Part shown: positions 54,435 to 64,000 of the stretch, piece after piece
Numbering within the stretch: position 1 is the first letter of the stretch
How the letters are laid out: each line of letters starts with the position of its first letter
Assembly: GCA_024137785.1 (NCBI GenBank)
Contig: JAHRHZ010000018.1
Location: 35,442,166-35,506,165, forward strand
Source of the DNA: Ginglymostoma cirratum
Taxonomy: Eukaryota
Length of the DNA stretch: 64,000 bases
Direction: 5' to 3'
Notes under the pieces: generated by a model
What the model saw: the letters and a program-made list of their open reading frames with translations, nothing else
Database searches by the model: none
Told to the model about the DNA's origin: nothing
Translations under genes and position numbers: made by a program

Positions 54435-54561
54435 TGAAGAAGGGTCTAGGCCCGAAACGTCAGCCTTCCTGCTCCTGTGATGCTGCTTGGCTTGCTGTGT
54501 TCATCCAGCTCTACACCTTGTTATCTCAGATTCTCCAGCATCTGCAGTTCCTACTATCTCT
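54435..54561 (+). mobile_element. Short Penelope-like family A terminus starting inside the hammerhead core
   Basis: TGAAGAAGGGTCTAGGCCCGAAACGTCAGC...ATTCTCCAGCATCTGCAGTTCCTACTATCTCT, homologous to 51006-51132. Confidence 0.85.
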
Positions 54562-55226
54562 AAATCACTTACTGTCTCCTTTAAGATGGTTGCTAACATC
54601 TTGGAAGATGCCTTACAATGGATGGCGTGCGTGTCTGCCCGTTAATAGTGCTAAACGTTTTTAATATGTAAATTATGTTCCCTATGTATGTACAGACAGC
54701 AATTTCAAAAAAAGGCTCCAAATCTTTTCTCAGTTAATTTTTTGTGATATTAGGAAGAGACAATCTAGACTGTGCTGGAGTACTTTGGGTTGCTGCCTTC
54801 TTAACCACTCATCCCAAATCTCCCGTGATCAGCTCTCCCTCCATTCATTCTCAGACCTGTGTGCTCCTGGCCTGCTCTATTCCACGGATTGAGTGGTGAG
54901 CTGGAACAGGATGTCTGTTTGCAATGTGCAGTTTTCTGGGGCCATGCAAAACTAGGCCAACGGTCGATGGCATAAAGGTCATAATCTACGTCATTATCTG
55001 TACCCTCTGTGCATGCCACTGCTCACAAGTAAAGAATCGTTGTTGTTTAGGAAACTCCAAAGTCTCTATGTATCCACCGGTGTATGTGTGTACGAGAGAG
55101 GGACAGAGATAGAAAGAGACTGAGAGTGGAATTTTGACATTCGAGGAAGGAAGCAGGAGTCACAAATGTTCTCACGTCTTGTACACGCCCCCAGGGTTCA
55201 CAGTCATGGGAATTTGACCGGGAAAT

Positions 55227-55680
55227 CTGTGGCTCAGTTAGTCGCACTCTTGCTTCTGAGTTGCAAGATACATGTTTCAATTCCCTCTCTGGGGCTGGAG
55301 AGAAAAGACTCGCACTGTCGTGCAGTGCTGAGGAAGTACTGCGCTGCCAGATGTGCCGTCTTTCAGATTAGGTGTTACCGGGACCCCATCTACCTGTTCA
55401 GGTGGATGTAAAGTATTCTCTGGCACTATTTTGAAGATGGACATGGGAGTTACCCTCAGTGTCCTGTCTACTATTTATCCCTTGATCAGGATCACAAAAT
55501 ACAGATTGCCTGGTCATTATCACATTGCAGTTTGCGGGAATTTGCTGCGTGCTAATTGGCTGCAGTGTTTCCTGCATTGCTACAGTGACGACACTTCAAA
55601 TGTAAGTATTTCATTTCCTGCAAAGCACCTTGATGTGTCCAGTGATTGACATAGCTTTTTTCACAATGTCAGCCTTTACT
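55227..55680 (+). mobile_element. Near full-length Deu-domain SINE (SacSINE1-like)
   Basis: tRNA-like head GTGGCTCAGTTAGTCGCACTCTTGCTTCTGAG, Deu core GGTGGATGTAAAG...TGGCACTATTTTGAAG...CTGGTCATTATCACATTGC...AATTGGCTGC, and an L2-like tail. Confidence 0.8.
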
Positions 55681-56411
55681 TTTAATCTTTTTACAGAGTC
55701 CACCAGGATGGCAGGGAAGGTGTGAAGGCCTGCCTGCAATACTGGCTTCATGGCATGAGGTCCAGGCAGTTAAACCCTCCCCTGTTGCCTTGGCAAACTG
55801 GAGGTTGAGTGTAAAATTCCACCTTACCTCCTTTAAAGTGCCCTTAATAAGTCCCTTAAAGAAGCTAATTGGCAGCTCGCCTCATGGAACAGAGACTAGT
55901 GTTACCTGCCCTGAACCTCCCTTAGATTAAAATGGCCATGCCAGGAACAAAAGTCTGGATTCTGCCACACCATTTGCTGGCAGTATTTTGGGGGTTCTGC
56001 CTCCTCTGTCTCTGTCCCGGGCAAAGCTAGAAAATTCAATCTTAAGTGCCTATGTGTATCTCATGCTCTGAAATGATAACCTTTGGTATTGCACAAAGAT
56101 GAAATGTCATCTTCACATCACTCTTTTTTTTAATGAGAGTATAAATGATGCCACGTAGTGATGTTAAGGATATCATTTTATTTTGTGGGCGCAGGTGGAA
56201 GTAGTAACTAAGCTTTTATTTTCATGATAAATTTGGTCACTGATTAAAATACTGACATTATTTCTATACTTTTTTTAAGGCTGTGGCTATTGATTGTTTT
56301 GACATTAGTAATTGATGTGATGAGAAAGTTTTTGGATGCGTGAAATATGACACAATATTTGGTGAGAACCGGAATGCAGTGTCGTGTCTTGCGCATTTTT
56401 ACAGCCGAACT

Positions 56412-56745
56412 CTTTTTTTCAGCTTAGCAAGCATGGGGCTGGATGAACACAGCCGGTCAAGCAGCATCATAGGAGCAGAGAAACTTGACGTTTCGGGCCT
56501 AAACCCTTCATCAGAAATGGGGGAGGGGAAGAGGGTTCTGAAATAAATAGGGAGAGAGGGGGAGGCGGATAGAGGATGGATAGAGGAGAGGATAGGTGGA
56601 GAGGAGGCAGACAAGTCGAAGAGGCGGGGATGGAGCCGGTAAAGGTGAGTGTAGGTAGGGGGGTAGGGAGGAGATAGGTCAGTCCAGGGAGGACAGACAG
56701 GTCAAGGGGGCGGGATGATGTTATCTCTGATACTTTTTTTCAGCT
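56412..56745 (-). mobile_element. Penelope-like family A terminal fragment with a 13-bp TSD
   Basis: CTTTTTTTCAGCT at 56412-56424 and 56733-56745. The interior has the family A terminus and the GA-rich subterminal region, ending in a short TTATCTCT that matches the opposite-orientation end. Confidence 0.85.
56483..56518 (-). ncRNA. Intact minimal type I hammerhead ribozyme motif (family A)
   Basis: Minus strand AUUU-CUGAUGA-A-GGG(UUUAGG)CCC-GAAA-C-GUC-AAGU: complete core, 3-bp stem II, stem I AUUU/AAGU, loopless palindromic ACGU helix III, GUC cleavage triplet. Confidence 0.75.
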
Positions 56746-57753
56746 GACGTTTTAAACTAGTTCAAATGCTGCCAAATTAACTAAACTCGTTTTGCCGTTA
56801 GTTTTGTCACTTCAATAATGTCAGCTAACTTCCATAGTAAAGAATGTAAACCAGTCAGATCGGAGTTCCAGTTATATTTGAGATAATAGTGCACACTCTT
56901 GAATATTTTTCCAGCTAACACCTAATTTACTACGTCGAGCTTTATTGGTTGATGATACTGAAAATGAATGGCTGTATCTAGATTTAATTTTGAGATTGCT
57001 GATGTGGAATCAAGAAAATCTTTCCAGCATCATGTAACAAAAAAAAAGCTCCAAACCAAGAGATTTATTTTTCAATCCTGTGCGGCTATGATTATTAAAC
57101 TGGCCAAAATGATCTACATGTAGAACGTCCGGATGGACAGTCTTGCCCTCATGTTTGTTTGCTTTTCTGTGTTCTGTACGGAGGAGTGCCTCCTTCAGAT
57201 GACCTGGCTGAGATGGGAGGGCTCAGCAGATGAAGGATTACAGGAGAGAACCAGTTCTGTACCAGTTTAATGCAAGGTTGCTCTGTGCCATTTCTACATT
57301 CTTGCTCACAGTTTGTTTTATTCTACGGAATTTGATTGTATTGTTTTGGCGTTAGCGTTTCCTTTTAAATAGGATACGATTACTATTTAAGTAAAGGTAA
57401 CTTGCAAAGGGTTACAAATTATTCAACAAAATTACTACAGTATATCTTCAAACTCAATTGCCATTTTTTTGGGAGGCGGGGGCTGGTTTTAATTCGGCAA
57501 GATTATTTTTAATATTCTAAAAATAGGGCTGGGATGGTTATCAGTACAGTTACACCATTTTTTAAAAGGGATAATTGAAGTGCTCATCTGGTTCAGGTGA
57601 TATGCCTCTTGCTTGTAGAAATTGGGGTTCTATGCCACAGTTAGGGTGCTGATCACAATTATCAGGGGCATGTGGAGAGCGGGTATTAAGGATCCTTAAA
57701 GGTACCTCCACTAGCTACTCCAAAAAAACTATCCCAAGACATTTCTCAGTTAC

Positions 57754-57782
57754 GGCTCTGTAGACTCCTCTGAGATCGACAT
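57754..57782 (-). CDS. Candidate first coding exon of the minus-strand gene: MSISEESTE(P)
   Basis: GCTATG start about 45 nt downstream of a TATA box. The donor CC|gtaact is weak but is phase 2, matching the exon at 41480. Confidence 0.45.
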
Positions 57783-57799
57783 AGCGCTGCTGGTCTCTA

Positions 57800-57980
57800 C
57801 CTGTCGGGTCAGGACAAATCCGCCTTATATACTGCCCTCCCTCAGTCAAATTTCCCTTTAGCCTGATTCACTTATCTTTCTCAACATCAGAATACCTCGT
57901 TTGACTGTGACTCCACTTCTGACCTACCGCAAATTTATTCAACGGTACGTGAACAAAAGTGATGGCACAGCGATAAATGC
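57800..57980 (-). promoter_or_regulatory. Candidate promoter: TATA box (TATATAAGG, about 57831-57823), upstream GATA site (AGATAAG, 57877-57871), local CpG enrichment
   Basis: Motifs read directly. CpG dinucleotides are visibly denser here than in the flanks, and no repeat is recognised. Confidence 0.45.
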
Positions 57981-60900
57981 AATAGACACAGGCTAGACCC
58001 TCTCCCCTCAAAATATGCAGATTACAAAAAAAAGTGAAGTAGTGCAAATTTGTTTGAACAAAGAGGCCCTAATTTGAGAGGGTGCTGGGAATGATGCACA
58101 AAGCCCAAAGAAGCAGAGTGCACCTAAAGTCGAGTGAACGAGAGGCGTAGTCAATTTTCCTGGTGGAATCTCCTTTAAATATATTTTTCACGTCCCGCTC
58201 TGCATCTATCTATATTCACTACCTGTCCAGGAGACTGTGACTCTGAACTGAAGTGGACCTCCACCTAATTTTAGTGTGAGCCTTATTGATAGCTTGAATT
58301 GCCACCATAACAATTATGTTGGCTGGAAATGCTTGGGTTGAAGCCCTTAGTTAGGTGTTTCAAATTTTAAAGACTCCCAACATTATTTTGTAGTGAGGTA
58401 GGAGGTGAAGGTGAGGGGAAAGATAAAATCCTGGCTTGAGTCCCACAGTATTATCTTCAGTGTTAGCTTGCTGTTGAGACTCCTTTGGAGTTTCTTTAAC
58501 TTACCTATCTTCCACATGGTTTATAACAGTCTGTGCAATTCTTTTTTAAGCCAAACCATGTAAAACAAGTTTCAACTCATGTTCTGTTATTCTCCAAACC
58601 AGCTGCTAAGAAGGCATAAAACCCATAAGGCGTTTGTAGTTGAATTGATTGAATTTAGACTTTTGCTGATTGACCTCCTCCTGGTCAGACATAGCATCTA
58701 TATTTTGTAGCTGCTGCATCAGAAAATTTGGATCATTTTCTTTGAATGAGCCTGTTTTATAGCACCAAGAAAGTAGGCCGTTCCATTCTCCCCAGTTTCA
58801 GTCAGGGAGGAAAATAATTCTCTGACTTGTAAAGGTATAAGCGAAGTGAAACTATCTCAAAAACTTTCATTATTGATTCTTTCATGTTTTTTAGTCTTTT
58901 GATTTTCCAATACAATTGGAATTTTTCTTTTATCACATATTTTCCTTTATCCATCGGTGAACGTTTTTGATATTTAAATTAAAAAGTAACATTCCAGTGA
59001 TAACAATAGCTAGTGAATAACTAAGTGCATTCTTTTGATCTGTTCTCAATGTATATTTTTAAACAGTTTATTTTAGATAAGAGCATAGGAAAAATTATTT
59101 ATATATTTGATAACCATTTTAATTGCGCTAAGGCTGTGAATGCTATCAGTACCCTATCAGAACTTGAAATAATTCTTCAATATTTAGTGATAATATTTTT
59201 GAGCATGTTTTGACGTAATGTGCGTGTTTTTCTGTTAAGTGCACATGACCAGTTAGATTTGATAAGACCAAAGACTCTGGAGTTAGTTATCTGTGTTTTG
59301 TTCACAAAGTTAAACAAAAAATGACCAGTGAGCAATGTACCACAATAGAGATGGAAGTACAGTGCTACATAAATGTATTTTCAATGAAAACTACATCTAT
59401 TTAAATCAGCTAAAGCAAAATATTTTCTTTGTTTCTAATACTTTTAATTCAGTGACTTGTTAGATAGTTCATTTTCAAGACTGTTAATTTTTCTGCACAG
59501 TATCAAAACATGCAAATAATTTATACCCTGTTCTGATTACTGGGGCCATGTTTGGTGTGGAAGATGCTGAATTGACAAAAGAAATCATAAAGTTCTTTAA
59601 TTGTGCGCTGAGGTTATTTTACTATATCTCCCTGTTTTGTAAATTAGTATGTTTTTAACTGAATTATTCTTTACCTTTCATTACTTGTGGTTGGAAATCT
59701 ACCCAGGCAGTATACAACATGGGCTATGGTGAGACATTTTGGGGAATAGTGTGAGATGGTGAATGAACCCTTTCTTGACATAGAGTTTTTGACGTGTTGT
59801 ATTTTCCAACCAAGTCCCAGATGTTGAGAGGAGATTATTGCTAGTGAATGTGAGAGGCCTATTAGTGGGGATTATTGCTCACTCTCACCCTCATTACTGC
59901 CTAATCTCACCTCATTACTATGCATTCACCCATTTTCCCACCCACTGGATATAAGTAAGATGCTAAGAATACCCAGCGTAAACGTCAGAACGGATACCTG
60001 GAGATTACCGTTCACTGCATGCTCCTCTGGACCTGAATATTGGATACCCAGAACAGATGTCCCAGAGAATGCTGCAGTGGCTATGTGTACTCTATATCGA
60101 TGGACACATGCCAGCCCCTCCACATCATCAAGGCACATTTCCAACCGATTTACAGTATTCTTCTGCACTTTAATGATGTACATTGTACTGCACTGGCACT
60201 GCTCATTGGGATGCTGCTGCAGAATGGACTGCACCCAGCTCGGCGGCTGGACCAGACTGTATCTCAGGGCTTTTTGCTTGCTTTCTTAACATTCATCCAC
60301 TGCATGCCTGCCTGGATGCTCACAGCATCCTGCGTTGACCTGTTTTGTCTTGCCTTGTATTTTAGCACTTTGCCTTTCAGCCACACCAAAAAGGCTCACA
60401 GTACTGCTGTCTCGCCTTGCATGGGGTGGAATTCAGGTTCCATGTGGTGGTAAAGGGGTCAGGTAGATGGGTTGGATGAGGTCTTGAGGAAGCACAAAGA
60501 CTGTGGGGTTGATGGGGAGGGCTACCAGGATGGGGATGTTTAATTTGGGATTTCACTATGACAGAGAGTCAAAGCCTGAGACTTAATGTTCAAGGAGCAT
60601 CCGCTGTTGCTCTCCAACATGTTCTAAATAACAACCACCTATTGGTGATGAAAGAACAGCCACCACGTCTGGGATGGGCAGCATAAGTGCTTCATTCTGT
60701 GAGGGAGGAGGCTTTGAATTTCAAGTGACGTGAGGCTCTTCCAAGTGTAACACTGTGACACATTCACCCACACACTGAAGCTGAAACACACCCGCGACTT
60801 GTACATGCTTTGTGCTCTTTGGGCATTAACCTGCTGTGTGCGTTCCAAATCCTTGAGCCAAGCACTCCTGATCAGATCATGCAAGATAATTAAATTTCGC

Positions 60901-61322
60901 TAATGCCTGCATTGCGTTAGCAATGGTTATCTACTTCTAAAGATGAGAACTAATTACCAAAGGAGTAATCCATCTGTTGCCTGCACATTGTGTAGAGGCT
61001 GCTCACTTCACACCTTTGGCGATCGATTATTAGGTAGTGCAAAGTATGGGGGAGCTCCAAGTCTTCAGTGTTGTAGTTGCAACTAGACAGAGCAGCTAAT
61101 GCTGAAATGTGAACAGATATTTACAAAAGTGGAATCTTATTTATATGCATGTCTGCCCCCATCTCCCCCTCCCCACCCCACCAAGCCAAGGCAGTGTAGC
61201 ACAATATTGGACAGTGGTTGCCAGGACATGGATGTTTCTGCATCAGCACAAGACTGGTACCGGTCTTTGCCTGCAAAGGCTAAGATTCTTCTTGTAGGTG
61301 GTGATGAGATGAATATCTGGTG

Positions 61323-61379
61323 CTGCACTACCCATCCTATCTGCACTACCCATCCTATCTGCACTACCCATCCTATCTG
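61323..61379 (+). repeat. Perfect tandem repeat, 18-bp unit CTGCACTACCCATCCTAT x3
   Basis: Read directly. Confidence 0.95.
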
Positions 61380-61639
61380 GGCTGTTTTCATCAGTAGTAA
61401 GAGGAAGGGAGGGATTGAGTGAGATGGAAGTAGTTGGTGCAGCTGTTAATGCAGGTGTAAAGGTGGGGTAAATGTCGTGAGCTGTCACAAGTGAGTGAGT
61501 AGACAGTCCAAAGGATTAGTTGTGTGGGAGCTTGGCTGGGGAAGAACATGTGACAGAAGACGTTGCGGGCTATAGTGAAAAATGTAGAACATGAGCCTAG
61601 GTAGGAATTGGGTGCAGTAGCAGAGAATGGGTTGGTGCA

Positions 61640-62045
61640 AGGTGGCAGAGTGAATGGTACTTACCCTGGTGGAGTGGAGAGGGTCATTGACTTTCTTCCT
61701 GCATTGCTAGGCATTTTTCACATTGTAGAGACCACACCGACACAGGTAGCAACCTTGGACCAATGTCTAGTGTCATGGTGTCCTCTGCAGCACCCTGTCC
61801 ATCAAGTCATCCAGGTCGCTATCTGCAAAATGGGGTGCCAGTCTCTCCTTGGCTGCCATGCAGGGTGAACATCTGCAACCGCACTGGGCCGCTCCAGTGA
61901 CCACGTGTGCAACAGCCTGTTATCACTGGCGTTGGTATCAGGGATACTGATGTCTTCAGGAATATCCTTGCTGTAGTAAGTACTTCTGGCTGTGGTGAGG
62001 TGGGAGAATAAGGACACCACAGGGACGTGGTAGGTGCTTAAATGA
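61640..62045 (-). mobile_element. Harbinger transposon relic with a pseudogenised Myb/SANT-like ORF
   Basis: Minus strand reads ERLAPHFADSDLDDLMDRVLQR..WSKVATCVGVVST..QCRKKVNDPLHSTR followed by a gtaagt donor. Homologous to 29490-29730; the relic probably extends left towards 59.9 kb. Confidence 0.7.
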
Positions 62046-63089
62046 AACATGGTTGGGACAGTTATGCAAAAAAAACTTTTCGTAGCTTGAGAGAGAAACC
62101 AAAAATTACACTTAGCCAAAATATGGTAAGATTCAGTATTTCTCCCTTTCTCAATACCATGTTCAGAGCTCTATCTTCCATCTGTTGCTGTTTATGCATT
62201 GTGATCATTTTTAATTACTGCTGCTGGACATTGAGTCTTCAAGAGATGAGATTTTTGTTCCAGATGTTACTATAATTTGAGACTATAGTAGCTTGTTGCT
62301 TAATATTTTATACAGTATTTGAAATGTGAGTTGATGGAAGTAAGTAATCATCAGATAATAAAGCTTTTAGTAAACACAGTCAATAGTTGTAATAACAATA
62401 TATAAGTTTTGTTGATGGTAGCATGCATATAAAGGGGAATTGATATTCCAAGGAATTGTGAGCAATTAGGTGAATGAACAATAAACATTGATTGTATGTA
62501 GGTCTGTGGGTTAGTTGAGATTGGCCTATTTAAGATCGTCTACCTGGACAGCAGTGGAGAGAAGACTGTTAGAAGGAATTGACTGGAGCCGTACCTATGA
62601 ATGTTTTAAGGAAAACTCCTCCAATGACACCAGGAACAAAAACAATTGCTGTAGATGCAGCTCAGAGTTTTGCATGACTAAAAATAATGCCCACAATCAA
62701 TATCCTGAAGATAGCTTTCTTTACCTCAGACGAAGAAGCAAAGTATTCTCCCTAAGGCAGTGTTGTTGTTTTGAATTCTGACATTTAAATGCAGAGTTAA
62801 CCAGTAATTGCTGAACCAAGTTGCAACAGCAAGCACTTTGTTTTTTTTCAGGTACTGTGTCCAAGGTGGGTGATGGCAACCATGGATTTGCATTGATTAA
62901 GTTCATGATTATAGTTGGCAGAGTACTGCACTGATTCACCATTGCCTTTGTCAGGATGACTGACCAGGAAACTCTCTCTCTTACTAGCTGCTTTCATCAT
63001 ATTGGAAGGATGTAGGCTGATAATCAAGCTGATTGACCACGTGATGAACACATGAATTAAGAAGAGTAGGCTCCACCATGCCTGCCCTA

Positions 63090-63270
63090 CCAATTAATAA
63101 GGGCTCAACTGATGTAATTGTGGCCTTAAATTCACATTCTGACTGAGCCCCCACTACCTTACAGCTCCTTGTTACTCACTTTCATGGCCAACATGTCCTG
63201 AAGTGGGACTTGAACCCCAGCTACTGGCCCAGATGTAAGAATGCTACCACCACCCCATGAGTCCTCCTCC
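63090..63270 (-). mobile_element. Degenerate tRNA-derived SINE head
   Basis: Minus strand GGTGGTAGCATTCTTACATCTGGGCCAGTAGCTGGGGTTCAAGTCCCACTTCAGG contains a B box. Confidence 0.6.
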
Positions 63271-64000
63271 GAGTAAGCATTAGGCTATTGAAAATATATG
63301 ACTTGGCCATTGGTAACCCAATTCAATTGATCCATATCTTTCAGAGCTCACAGCAATATAAATAACACAATGATTATACATAAGGGACAGGACTTTCAAA
63401 TGTTGGTGGGGCCTTGATTCAATATGGACACAATTTCAAAATCACAGCCTTGGAGTTCCAAGTGCCTCTTGGACAGTTTTAAATTTTCCAAAGTCTAGTG
63501 GGGGTAATTAATTGGGAGTCCACTTACTTTGAATTAATGGTCTACTAAGCTCCTTTAAGAGCTCATTCGCTGCAGGATTTTTAAAGGGCAAATGATCAAG
63601 TCCTAAAGACCTGGTGTGAGTTAGTGCCAGGTTGTTACATTTATTACAAGATTATCAGAAAATTTCTTTGTATTTGTGGACAACTGACACTGGATCTTTA
63701 CATTGAGTGCATGACCATTTTCCTCTTTATCAAAGCTGCTGGCTTGCCTGCTGTTTCAGGCAATGCAGCAGCAGTCCCCATCATTGGTTGGTGCACTTGC
63801 CACCAAAGCTGGGCCATCAATTCTGCTCTTGGTGCCACTAATTGAGCACTGGGATCATCTCCCTTCCAATTAGGGTATTTACATTTCAAAATAACATTGT
63901 GTGAAAAATTTAATTGATGCCCCTGAATTGTTACCTGGAATTTATTAGGGCATCGAGTTCTGAATTCCACTTCACAAATTTCATTTGTGAATTTGAAGAT

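Noticed and set aside
61323-61379. CRISPR-like repeat array
   Set aside because: Contiguous tandem units without spacers, in eukaryotic DNA.

Overview
Vertebrate genomic DNA, almost certainly a shark or ray. This is inferred from the repeat content: an HER1/CR1-type LINE, HE1-type and Deu-domain SINEs, Penelope-like termini, and Harbinger Myb/SANT relics. The window is AT-rich, mostly intronic or intergenic, with two assembly gaps. Most entries in the ORF track are spurious or transposon-derived. Reading splice signals by hand gives a phase-consistent multi-exon gene on the minus strand: six linked exons at 41480-24688, plus a candidate TATA-containing first exon at about 57.8 kb. It encodes a protein of about 245 aa whose pattern resembles the LURP-one/Tubby-C/scramblase fold, and I cannot assign it to a named vertebrate gene. 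Other points of interest: (1) a Penelope-like insertion with inverted termini and a 15-bp target-site duplication that carries a 665-bp copy of DNA from 2.4 kb downstream; (2) minimal hammerhead ribozyme motifs of two families in Penelope-like termini; (3) two MER135-like hairpin elements; (4) a strong CTCF motif. All calls are by eye, without database searches, and repeat boundaries are approximate.
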